Below are positions 1 to 7,038 of a stretch of 13,981 nucleotides of DNA, one piece after another; within the stretch, counting starts at the first letter, position 1, and each line of letters begins with the position of its first letter. A program made the position numbers and the translations under genes. The notes below the pieces were generated by a model that ran no database searches, was not told the origin of the DNA, and worked only from the letters and a program-made list of their open reading frames with translations. The stretch is taken from IMG/VR virus record IMGVR_UViG_3300021400_000840. One strand, given 5' to 3'. The DNA is from a virus.

Positions 1-54
1 TTCATTAAACAATTTTTTAAGGTTTTTAAAATTAATTGGCTTTATTTTGTCCAT
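1..54 (-). CDS. N-terminus of a protein running off the left edge (MDKIKPINFKNLKKLFNE...); by position possibly the terminase small subunit
   Basis: Minus-strand ATG at 54-52 preceded by a strong RBS (TAGAAAGGAGAACAAAATG); open to the window edge. The function is guessed only from its position after the HNH gene. Confidence 0.5.
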   Translation of the reverse strand, partial: MDKIKPINFKNLKKLFNE

Positions 55-166
55 TTTGTTCTCCTTTCTACAAAGTAGGGGGGATATTCACGAATCTGCA
101 CATTTTTTGAAGGCTCTCGCCTCGGTTTCTCATTGAGGCTTGATTTATCGCCTCTAGGGGGGATAT
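55..166. other. Candidate cos-like noncoding region between the HNH gene and the next gene
   Basis: Locally G/C-rich in a very AT-rich window. The exact 12-mer TAGGGGGGATAT occurs at 76-87 and 155-166. Alternating GCCTC/GAGGC/GCCTC elements lie at 119-123, 135-139 and 150-154. HNH-cos-terminase order is common in Gram-positive cos phages. Confidence 0.4.
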
Positions 167-507
167 CAAGCCCTTTTTACTAGGTTTCCATCAGAATCAA
201 ACATATAATCTTTTCTTGTCACTTGGTCTTGATGATGTTCCAACTCATGACACTCTTTACACAATCCCTCAAGGTTGTTTTCATTAAGTGTAATATTATC
301 ATCATATACATTAGTGTTATCTAAGTATTCTTTATGATGTACTATTCCTATTCGTCTTTTATCTTTAGGAATCCACTCACTTAATCCATCAACATAAACA
401 GGCTTATGACATCTACTACATAAAAGATTCTGCTTTATCCATATATTTTTTCTAGCAGTTTTCCATGCCTTAGAATTATAGAAATCTTTTCTTATTCCAT
501 AACTCAT
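166..507 (-). CDS. Phage HNH endonuclease
   Basis: Protein has CSRC...VHHKEYL...N...LEGLCKECHELEHH, the HNH/zinc-finger nuclease pattern of packaging-associated phage HNH proteins. Confidence 0.88.
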   Translation of the reverse strand: MSYGIRKDFYNSKAWKTARKNIWIKQNLLCSRCHKPVYVDGLSEWIPKDKRRIGIVHHKEYLDNTNVYDDNITLNENNLEGLCKECHELEHHQDQVTRKDYMFDSDGNLVKRA

Positions 508-722
508 TTTGTTTTCTTACTTCTTACTGCTTTTTCAGTCTTGGTTTCTAACTTAGTATTTTCTTTTTTATCTTCTTTAATAACTTCTATTTGTCTAACT
601 AATCCTAAAGATATTAACTCATCTGCTCTTTCCTTAGATACTACGATTTGTTCTCCTTTATTGATTTGTTTTTTTAATTGTAAGTCATTATATGTAGTTG
701 TACATTCCACTTTTACTTTCAT
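504..722 (-). CDS. Small phage protein (MKVKV...NDLQLKKQINKGEQIVVSKERADELISLGLV), resembling short proteins often found near capsid/head-tail genes
   Basis: RBS AAAGGAG upstream, ATGA overlap with the HNH gene, and a recognisable short fold pattern (threshold-style 'V...ERA.ELI..G.V'). Confidence 0.45.
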   Translation of the reverse strand: MKVKVECTTTYNDLQLKKQINKGEQIVVSKERADELISLGLVRQIEVIKEDKKENTKLETKTEKAVRSKKTK

Positions 723-739
723 ACTATATTCTCCTTTCT

Positions 740-937
740 TTAACCAAATACTCTATCTATATCTTCTTGAGTTGCTTTTCTAGTTCCATCAGATGATGGT
801 TCTATACTAGATAGAAGTATATTTAATAAACTAACAAATGACATTTCTTTCATATCATCTATAGTTATATTTAATCTTTTAGCGAGAGCCATTATTTCAT
901 ATTCATCTATTGGTTCATCACTTTGCGAACTGTTGGG
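740..937 (-). CDS. Putative T extension of the tail assembly chaperone, expressed by frameshift from the 918..1280 gene
   Basis: Open in the +1 frame relative to the upstream gene; reads ...NSSQSDEPIDEYEIMALAKRLNITIDDMKEMSFVSLLNILLSSIEPSSDGTRKATQEDIDRVFG*. It ends in the typical ATQxDIDxxFG tail-chaperone C-terminus. The ORF track does not list it. Confidence 0.65.
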   Translation of the reverse strand, partial: PNSSQSDEPIDEYEIMALAKRLNITIDDMKEMSFVSLLNILLSSIEPSSDGTRKATQEDIDRVFG

Positions 938-1280
938 GATTTCCTTGATTTCCCCCTGATATGGGTGTCACTGCTAAATCAATAACTTCATCCACCCACT
1001 TCACATCATCAAATAATTTTTCAATTCCTTTTAAGAAATCTTCAAATGAGCCTACTTGTTTAACATCTGATTCTACTATCATTACATATGTTATTTGTAA
1101 TAATATTTCTAGAAAGTCATCTAACACTGCAAGTATGTCATCATTCTTTTCTCTTAAATCCTTTATTTTGTTAATATCTTGCATTAACTTTCTACCAGTC
1201 ATATCTCTATATTTGAATTGTGTTAATGCACTTGATTGCATAGTGTAATCTTTACCACCAATATTAATTATTTTTTTCAT
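918..1280 (-). CDS. Phage tail assembly chaperone-like protein (G)
   Basis: N-terminus KKIINIGGKDYTMQSSALTQFKYRDMTGRKL matches the pattern of Firmicute tail chaperones. The overlapping downstream T-like ORF supports the call. RBS AAAAGGAG. Confidence 0.65.
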   Translation of the reverse strand: MKKIINIGGKDYTMQSSALTQFKYRDMTGRKLMQDINKIKDLREKNDDILAVLDDFLEILLQITYVMIVESDVKQVGSFEDFLKGIEKLFDDVKWVDEVIDLAVTPISGGNQGNPQQFAK

Positions 1281-1319
1281 ACGTTTCTCCTTTTCTAATT
1301 AATTTAAAACAAAATAAAA

Positions 1320-1336
1320 GAGGTTATTATAACCTC
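1320..1336 (-). terminator. Rho-independent terminator upstream of the G-like gene
   Basis: Perfect palindrome GAGGTTAT-T-ATAACCTC (1320-1336). On the minus strand it is followed by TTTTATTTTGTTTT. Confidence 0.6.
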
Positions 1337-1400
1337 ACAAAATTAATGGAAATATAGTCATGTAGATAATTTTCTACTCTAGTATTATGACACAATAAAT

Positions 1401-1430
1401 CTATCATTTTCTATCATTTTCTATCATCTT
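1401..1430. repeat. Three tandem 10-bp units CTATCATTTT / CTATCATTTT / CTATCATCTT
   Basis: Direct reading; overlaps the 3' end of the 1414..1827 ORF. Confidence 0.8.
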
Positions 1431-1827
1431 TACTTTTTTCTATTAATAAATCTAAAAATATTTTTTGATATTTCATTAAAGTAATATCTGATATTTTGAG
1501 AAACTTATCTACGAAATCTTTATTTTTAAACTTATAAGAATTTATAAAATTCTCATATTTAGTTGTTGTTGGTTGATTTTTAATATCTAAAATTGGCATT
1601 TTATTATTTATTATTTGCTTTGTCATAGTTTCATCAACATAATTCCAATTTATATATCTTAATCCATCTAGTCCATTATTTTCTAATTCAAATTCAGTTT
1701 TATAGATAATATCATTTCTTAATAAATATCTTTTATACCACTGCATAATTTGTTTATTAGGAAATATAAGTAAGTATTTATTTGCATTTGGTGATATTCT
1801 TAAATTAAGTTGTTCCTGTGTAATCAC
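1414..1827 (-). CDS. Hypothetical phage protein
   Basis: 137-aa ORF, collinear with its neighbours; no family recognised. Confidence 0.6.
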   Translation of the reverse strand: MITQEQLNLRISPNANKYLLIFPNKQIMQWYKRYLLRNDIIYKTEFELENNGLDGLRYINWNYVDETMTKQIINNKMPILDIKNQPTTTKYENFINSYKFKNKDFVDKFLKISDITLMKYQKIFLDLLIEKSKDDRK

Positions 1828-1838
1828 AATTAATTCAC

Positions 1839-2048
1839 CTACTTCTCTATAAAACCTATGCTTATATTAAATTTAAAAAAACAAATATAAATATATATTT
1901 CGTGTGATTCTTTAACAACTTTATCATAATATAAATGTGTCCATAATTTATGATTTAAAAATATTCCTAAAGACCAATCACCTTTTCCTAGTTTATCAAT
2001 TTTTATTCCAAATTTTGGTCGATAATAATTATCTATATCAATATTCAT
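1839..2048 (-). CDS. Hypothetical small protein
   Basis: 69-aa ORF abutting the next gene (2048). Confidence 0.5.
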   Translation of the reverse strand: MNIDIDNYYRPKFGIKIDKLGKGDWSLGIFLNHKLWTHLYYDKVVKESHEIYIYICFFKFNISIGFIEK

Positions 2049-2269
2049 TATTTATTCTCCTTATAATATCTTTTATAAATTGTTTTTAGTTTATAAAACC
2101 ATAGGATTTTAACATATCTTTGTATTTTTACAATATCATATCCATTCCAAGCAACATTTTTGAAATCATTAGTAAAATACTTATGATATTGACTAGCTTT
2201 ATTAACTATATTAACTCTACCATTACGATAATATATAATATCTCCTTTTGTTATATCTTTTACTTTCAT
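2048..2269 (-). CDS. Hypothetical small basic protein
   Basis: 73-aa ORF immediately adjacent to neighbours; collinear. Confidence 0.55.
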   Translation of the reverse strand: MKVKDITKGDIIYYRNGRVNIVNKASQYHKYFTNDFKNVAWNGYDIVKIQRYVKILWFYKLKTIYKRYYKENK

Positions 2270-2279
2270 CTAATCACCT

Positions 2280-3095
2280 CTAATCCTCTAAATAATCATT
2301 GTCTAGATACATATATCCATATATTAATAATCCTATAAGTATAATCCATATAAACCAAAATGAAACATTGATAATTGTTTGTTGATTTCTTTTGTTTTCT
2401 ATTGTTGCATTCAAATCACTATTGCTAATAGTTATACTACCTGATTCACTAACATTTAATATTGTTTTATTTTTAGCTTTTGCAAATATAGTTCCCATAA
2501 ATTCTTTTGGTGTATAATAATAAGAATATCTTATATCGCCTACACTATCACCAAAAAAGCCTTGTTTATCTTTGTATAAATAATTATTTCTTACATAATC
2601 TTTTTTATCATCTATAACATTTGAATCTATATCTAATCTATATTCAGGATAATTATTGAATAAGGAATAAGCATATTTATTTTCCAAGAAAAATATGTCA
2701 TTAACACTTTTAGATTCAGTATTTATAATATCCCATGAATAATAGTATTCAGTATGACAATGTGTTTTTCCATTACTATCAGTATTGCAAACTTGTCTAC
2801 TATGTCTTTTATATTCTTCGGTTTCTTTTTTTATATAAGTATAATCATTTTTTAATTCGCTAAATGTCATACCACTTTCAGTTTTAAATTTTCCATATAC
2901 CAATATATTACCTACTTCGGTATCTACACTATATTTAAACAATTTTACATCATTATCTATCTTTAAAGCTTTATTGTATTTTTCAATTTCTAATATATAA
3001 TTTTCTATTATTAAATTATGAACTAAGAATCCTAATCCAAATAGTAAGAAAAAGATAATAATTGAAACCATTATTTCTCTTTTAGTAATTTCCAT
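2280..3095 (-). CDS. Membrane protein with N- and C-terminal transmembrane segments and a large intervening domain
   Basis: Hydrophobic VSIIIFFLLFGLGFLV near the N-terminus and VSFWFIWIILIGLLIYGYMYL at the C-terminus. Central Cys/His motif VCNTDSNGKTHCHTEYYYSWD. Only 3 nt after the LemA gene. Confidence 0.75.
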   Translation of the reverse strand: MEITKREIMVSIIIFFLLFGLGFLVHNLIIENYILEIEKYNKALKIDNDVKLFKYSVDTEVGNILVYGKFKTESGMTFSELKNDYTYIKKETEEYKRHSRQVCNTDSNGKTHCHTEYYYSWDIINTESKSVNDIFFLENKYAYSLFNNYPEYRLDIDSNVIDDKKDYVRNNYLYKDKQGFFGDSVGDIRYSYYYTPKEFMGTIFAKAKNKTILNVSESGSITISNSDLNATIENKRNQQTIINVSFWFIWIILIGLLIYGYMYLDNDYLED

Positions 3096-3098
3096 AAC

Positions 3099-3635
3099 TT
3101 AATCCCATAAATTAGTTGGTGCATCTTGTGAAACTTCATAATCTAAGTAAGAATAATCAATTTTTTCATACCCCATCATTCCTAAAATAATGTTATTAGG
3201 AAATTTCTTTGTATACTTTTTATAATTTTTAACTTGGTCATTATAATTATTTCTATATTCAGCAATTAAATTCTCAGTTATAGACATTTCGGTCATTACT
3301 TGCTTATAGTTTTCATTTGATTTTAATTCAGGATATTTTTCTACTACAACATTTATCAATTTTTCGGCATCTTCAATTTTTCCATCTAGTGCCTTTGTCC
3401 TAGCCTCTACTATTTTGCTTAATGTTTCTTGTTCATATTTATTATATGATTTTACTGTATCAACTAAATTAACAATTAAATCAGCTCTTCTTTTTTCTTG
3501 AATCTTAATTGCTGAATCACTTTCCTTTATTTGTTCTTCCAAGACTACAACTCTATTATTTGTAGTTGCAAACTTTATTCCTATCATTAAAATTATAGAT
3601 AATACAATTCCTGTTATAATTATTGTTTTTTTCAT
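3099..3635 (-). CDS. LemA family protein
   Basis: N-terminal TM helix, then IQEKRRADLIVNLVDTVKSYNKYEQETLSKIVEARTKAL...VVVEKYPELKSNENYKQVMTEMSITENLIAEYRNNYNDQVKNYKKYTKKFPNNIILGMMGYEK. This matches the LemA signature along most of its length. Confidence 0.93.
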   Translation of the reverse strand: MKKTIIITGIVLSIILMIGIKFATTNNRVVVLEEQIKESDSAIKIQEKRRADLIVNLVDTVKSYNKYEQETLSKIVEARTKALDGKIEDAEKLINVVVEKYPELKSNENYKQVMTEMSITENLIAEYRNNYNDQVKNYKKYTKKFPNNIILGMMGYEKIDYSYLDYEVSQDAPTNLWD

Positions 3636-4099
3636 TTTTCTTTCCTCTCTTTCAATGTTTTTTTAATTTCTTCTAATTTTCTATACACTTGAGCCTCTTC
3701 ATATGGCACTAGATGTATTATTTTCCTAACTTGCAGATTTTCAATATATTTATATACATATATCTTATCAATCCACTCTTTGCTTTTTCTTAGTTCATCT
3801 TCTTTAGCATCTAATAATTTTTTTCTATCTTCTGATATTATTTTTATTTCATTTAGTCTTTTATCTATTTGTTTTTTTTCTTTTATAATTAGATAATCAT
3901 CAAATGAATTACTTACATTTCCACCATCTACGTTAATTTTGTCGAATTTTATCGATTTAGGTTGAGTTTTTGCGAACAATTTTTCTTTTTCTTCTAATAT
4001 CTCGTTATATAATTTTTGAACTTTATAATAGTTCCTTTTATATTCTTCATATGTTAAATAAATACTACTCATAATATTCTCCATCGTATTCACTAGCAT
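3632..4099 (-). CDS. Phage late transcriptional regulator-like protein (ArpU/RinA/DUF1492-type sigma-like)
   Basis: Pattern FDKINVDGGN...I(D)KRLNEI... then C-terminal IYVYKYIENLQVRKIIHLVPYEEAQVYRKLEEIKKTL, resembling region-4-like HTHs of this group. Confidence 0.6.
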   Translation of the reverse strand: MLVNTMENIMSSIYLTYEEYKRNYYKVQKLYNEILEEKEKLFAKTQPKSIKFDKINVDGGNVSNSFDDYLIIKEKKQIDKRLNEIKIISEDRKKLLDAKEDELRKSKEWIDKIYVYKYIENLQVRKIIHLVPYEEAQVYRKLEEIKKTLKERKEK

Positions 4100-4316
4100 T
4101 CATATAATAGTTATCCCATAAAGCCTCATTTTCAGCTCTTAATTTTATTATCGTTCTACCTTGTTGTTCTATTAATTCATCTTTCAATTCTATTGTTGAT
4201 TCACATTCTTTTATTTTGTTTTTATCTTTAACTATTGTTATAACTAAACCACTAACAAATAGTATTATTCCTATAATTGCTATGATATGTGCTATTTTTT
4301 TACTCATACTATTCAC
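4065..4316 (-). CDS. Small membrane protein with one TM helix and coiled coil
   Basis: KIAHIIAIIGIILFVSGLVITIV followed by a heptad-rich segment. Confidence 0.6.
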   Translation of the reverse strand: MNSMSKKIAHIIAIIGIILFVSGLVITIVKDKNKIKECESTIELKDELIEQQGRTIIKLRAENEALWDNYYMNASEYDGEYYE

Positions 4317-4599
4317 CTACCTTTTCTAATACTGATACTAATTCAAATAAGATATTTCCTGATATTTTATATTCGCTCCATTGTTCATAAACTAAATCGT
4401 TTTTATGTTTTCTTAATAGTTTTTTTATTTCAATTAATGTATTATTTAATAATTCATTATCTCTTTTTAGCATTTTATTTTCATCGACTAATTTAATATT
4501 TGCCTCTAACAAATTTTTATCGATTGGTTTTTCAGTTTTGGTATTATGTATTTTTTTTGCAGTTTCTAAACTTAAAAATTCTCCTTTCAATATAATCAC
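4309..4599 (-). CDS. Hypothetical coiled-coil protein
   Basis: ATGA-type overlap with the 4316 gene; heptad-rich LLEANIKLVDENKMLKRDNELLNNTLIEIKKLL; RBS GAAAGGAG. Confidence 0.6.
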   Translation of the reverse strand: MIILKGEFLSLETAKKIHNTKTEKPIDKNLLEANIKLVDENKMLKRDNELLNNTLIEIKKLLRKHKNDLVYEQWSEYKISGNILFELVSVLEKVGE

Positions 4600-4605
4600 C
4601 TCTTT

Positions 4606-4794
4606 TTATTTCTTATAATCAATATCAAATATAGTTAATTGTTTTTTGTGTAATTGTTTGTTATCAGTTTTAATATTTTTTATACAATTAGGACATAAAC
4701 ATTTATCATTTATTCCTTTTAAATAATCGAAATTACCACATATATCACACTTATCTTTGAATTTATTCTTTTGGCATTTCATAATAAATAACAT
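4606..4794 (-). CDS. Small putative zinc-binding protein
   Basis: CDICGNFDYLKGINDKCLCPNC (two CxxC pairs). Confidence 0.6.
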   Translation of the reverse strand: MLFIMKCQKNKFKDKCDICGNFDYLKGINDKCLCPNCIKNIKTDNKQLHKKQLTIFDIDYKK

Positions 4795-4885
4795 TGGGAT
4801 TTATTGGCTCTATTTCATATGCTGATGGTTGCATTATGAAATCTCCATCATATGTATTCTCAAGATATTCTTTTTCTTTCATCAT
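4763..4885 (-). CDS. Possible 40-aa microprotein (MMKEKEYLENTYDGDFIMQPSAYEIEPINPNVIYYEMPKE)
   Basis: Open frame fills most of the 4795-4899 gap and overlaps the start of the 4794 gene; weak RBS. Below the ORF-track length cutoff. Confidence 0.3.
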   Translation of the reverse strand: MMKEKEYLENTYDGDFIMQPSAYEIEPINPNVIYYEMPKE

Positions 4886-4899
4886 TTCTAATGGTTTTA

Positions 4900-5169
4900 T
4901 TAAACAATTGGCTTTAACAATATATTGATTTTTATTTTATTACTTATTTCATCTAATATTTCTAATGCTCTTTTTTTTGTTTTATATGTTCCTAAATTAA
5001 TAGAATCATTAGCAATAAGCATAATGTCCATTTCAAAAGGTTCAATTTTCATTTTGCTAAGTATATTGCTGACATATTCCATTTGGTTTCTATCTAAAAT
5101 ATCAACATTATCACATTTTACTAATCTATCTTTATTTTGATTTCTAATCCATAATTCCATATTAATCAC
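4900..5169 (-). CDS. Hypothetical protein
   Basis: 89-aa ORF overlapping the HAD gene start by a few nt; collinear. Confidence 0.5.
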   Translation of the reverse strand: MINMELWIRNQNKDRLVKCDNVDILDRNQMEYVSNILSKMKIEPFEMDIMLIANDSINLGTYKTKKRALEILDEISNKIKINILLKPIV

Positions 5170-5533
5170 TTCCCAAGAATCTTTTTAATTCTTCTAAATT
5201 GTTGTACCTAAAACCTCTATCATCTATATATAAAATTCCAATTGCTTTTTCATTTGTCACCCCTATTACATTATCTTTATTCCAATACATATTATTTTTT
5301 AAATCTTTTTTGAATAATTCAAATTGAATCCCACAATCTAACTTTGTCATATAATCAACTATTTGTGTTGCAGGTCGATTTGATGAAATGACAATGTAGT
5401 AATCTTTCATAAGCTCTTTGATATAACTTAATAAAGCAAAATCGATTTTTCCATAAATAGAGCCATCTTTCCACCCATTATATTCTTTATGTATAACACC
5501 ATCAAAATCAAACACTATTGTTTTTTTACTCAC
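5162..5533 (-). CDS. HAD-like hydrolase
   Basis: Motif I VFDFDGVIH, motif II-like IVISSNRPATQIVDYM, late acidic motif ILYIDDRG. Confidence 0.82.
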   Translation of the reverse strand: MSKKTIVFDFDGVIHKEYNGWKDGSIYGKIDFALLSYIKELMKDYYIVISSNRPATQIVDYMTKLDCGIQFELFKKDLKNNMYWNKDNVIGVTNEKAIGILYIDDRGFRYNNLEELKRFLGSD

Positions 5534-5814
5534 TCTTTATCAATCCTTTCTAATTGTCTTTTAATTTTATATTTCATAACATTTTCTATTTCTTTATCTG
5601 GTATTTCATAATAATACTGGAATTGTTTTAACATAACCATTACATCTGCTATTTCTTCTCTTATGTGTTCTACATAGCCAACATCAGTTGTTCCCTCAGT
5701 ATCAAATACATTTGCTAATATAGTTTCATTTAATTCAAATACTTCGCTTTGAAAATATTTAAGTTGTTCTCTTAAACCATAATGTTTAATTATGCTTTCT
5801 AATCTTTCATGCAT
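5530..5814 (-). CDS. MazG-like / all-alpha NTP pyrophosphohydrolase-like protein
   Basis: QSEVFELNETI...HIREEIADVMVMLKQF, the ExxE...EExxD pattern. The start is placed at the internal Met (MHERLESI), which has a good RBS (AAGGAAGTGATAAAAATG); the track start is 5850. Confidence 0.68.
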   Translation of the reverse strand: MHERLESIIKHYGLREQLKYFQSEVFELNETILANVFDTEGTTDVGYVEHIREEIADVMVMLKQFQYYYEIPDKEIENVMKYKIKRQLERIDKE

Positions 5815-6064
5815 TTTTATCACTTCCTTGTAATATATCAAGTAATTCATATACTTTATCAGTAGTAGATAAATAAGGTAGTATGTTTTTTATAAACTCT
5901 ATTGCTTTTTTATTTCTTGTTTTATATTTTTTTGTATCTTCTCTAGATACATCTAAAAATTGTTCTATTTGATTTCTATAAAATTTACTATAGTCTAACT
6001 CATCTTTTTCAAGTAAGGCTCTACACCAATGTTCATTAATAATCGAATTTATCTTTTCTCCCAT
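5807..6064 (-). CDS. Hypothetical protein
   Basis: 85-aa ORF coupled to its neighbours. Confidence 0.55.
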   Translation of the reverse strand: MGEKINSIINEHWCRALLEKDELDYSKFYRNQIEQFLDVSREDTKKYKTRNKKAIEFIKNILPYLSTTDKVYELLDILQGSDKNA

Positions 6065-6906
6065 TAATACTTTATCCTTTCTAATTTATTTTTCTTTTCT
6101 TTATTGGATGTCATCGTATAAATTGCAGTTGTTTTTATATCGTTATGTCCTAAAATATCTCTAAGTTCATCTAAATCTATTCCATTTTCCTTACATTTCT
6201 TTGCAAATAAATGTCGCCATGCATGAGGATGTATTTTATTAGGATTTATTTTTGCTGATTTAGCTATTTTCTTTAATCTTCTCCATATAGTGCTATTATT
6301 TAGCATTTGTCCTTGCTTTACTGGACTTACAAAAATATAACCACTTTCTATATGATTTTCTTTACAATAATTTTTTAATTCTCTTTTTAACTCATTAGTC
6401 ATTATAAGTGTTCTTTCTTTTCCTTTGTTGTAAGCTCCTTTAATAAAATTACTGTCTAGAGATTCTACTGTAAAATATTTTAATTCATCTATTCTTGCCC
6501 CTGAATGAGCAAAAACTTTTATTATCAAATACATATCCATCATGTCTAATTTTTTCGCCCATCTTAACATCCTTTTATGTTCTTGTTCCCATATTGGGTC
6601 ATCAATCGATGTTTTTTGTTGTTCTTTAAATTTTTTTAAAGTACAATTTTCTAGTTTTAAATATTTTAAAAATTTATTTACTATGACAATATATTTATTT
6701 TTAGATTTAACTTTAAATCCTTTTTCGGTTAAATCTTCTTTAAAATCTATCATCAGACTTTTTGTTATTTCAAATTCATCAGGCAAGAAGTCAATTAACT
6801 TATTTACTGCATTTCTATAATCTCCAATTGTCCTTTTGGATTTTTCATCTAATCTTTCAGTATCAATAAAATTATCTAACTCTTTTTTTATTTCTTCTTT
6901 AGTCAT
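6064..6906 (-). CDS. Second tyrosine recombinase (XerC/D-like) within the early region
   Basis: SGARIDELKYF (Arg I), HPHAWRHLFAKKCKENG (HxxR), LGHNDIKTTAIYTM (His...Tyr). Catalytic residues appear intact. Confidence 0.92.
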   Translation of the reverse strand: MTKEEIKKELDNFIDTERLDEKSKRTIGDYRNAVNKLIDFLPDEFEITKSLMIDFKEDLTEKGFKVKSKNKYIVIVNKFLKYLKLENCTLKKFKEQQKTSIDDPIWEQEHKRMLRWAKKLDMMDMYLIIKVFAHSGARIDELKYFTVESLDSNFIKGAYNKGKERTLIMTNELKRELKNYCKENHIESGYIFVSPVKQGQMLNNSTIWRRLKKIAKSAKINPNKIHPHAWRHLFAKKCKENGIDLDELRDILGHNDIKTTAIYTMTSNKEKKNKLERIKY

Positions 6907-7038
6907 ATTGACTTCACCTCTCTTTCTTCTTTATATACCTAGCAAGATAACCATAATATTATATTGCAACTATTAAATATCTATCTTTGCTTTATTTAAT
7001 AAGGTTTTTTTTCATTTTTTAGCAAACTATACTTTTTG

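Noticed and set aside
1401-1430. 10-bp tandem repeats as a regulatory iteron array
   Set aside because: Only three units, overlapping the end of an ORF and composed of simple AT-rich sequence; replication-slippage origin is more likely.
2280-4316. LemA and neighbouring membrane genes as a confirmed anti-phage defence system
   Set aside because: No nuclease, NTPase, nucleotide cyclase or other effector signature was seen. The defence role remains a hypothesis only.
541-4496. Plus-strand ORFs 541..783, 961..1248, 2120..2338 and 4287..4496
   Set aside because: All lie antisense to well-supported minus-strand genes, have low-complexity hydrophobic or Ser/Ile/Phe-rich translations typical of reverse-complement AT-rich code, and show no recognised domains.
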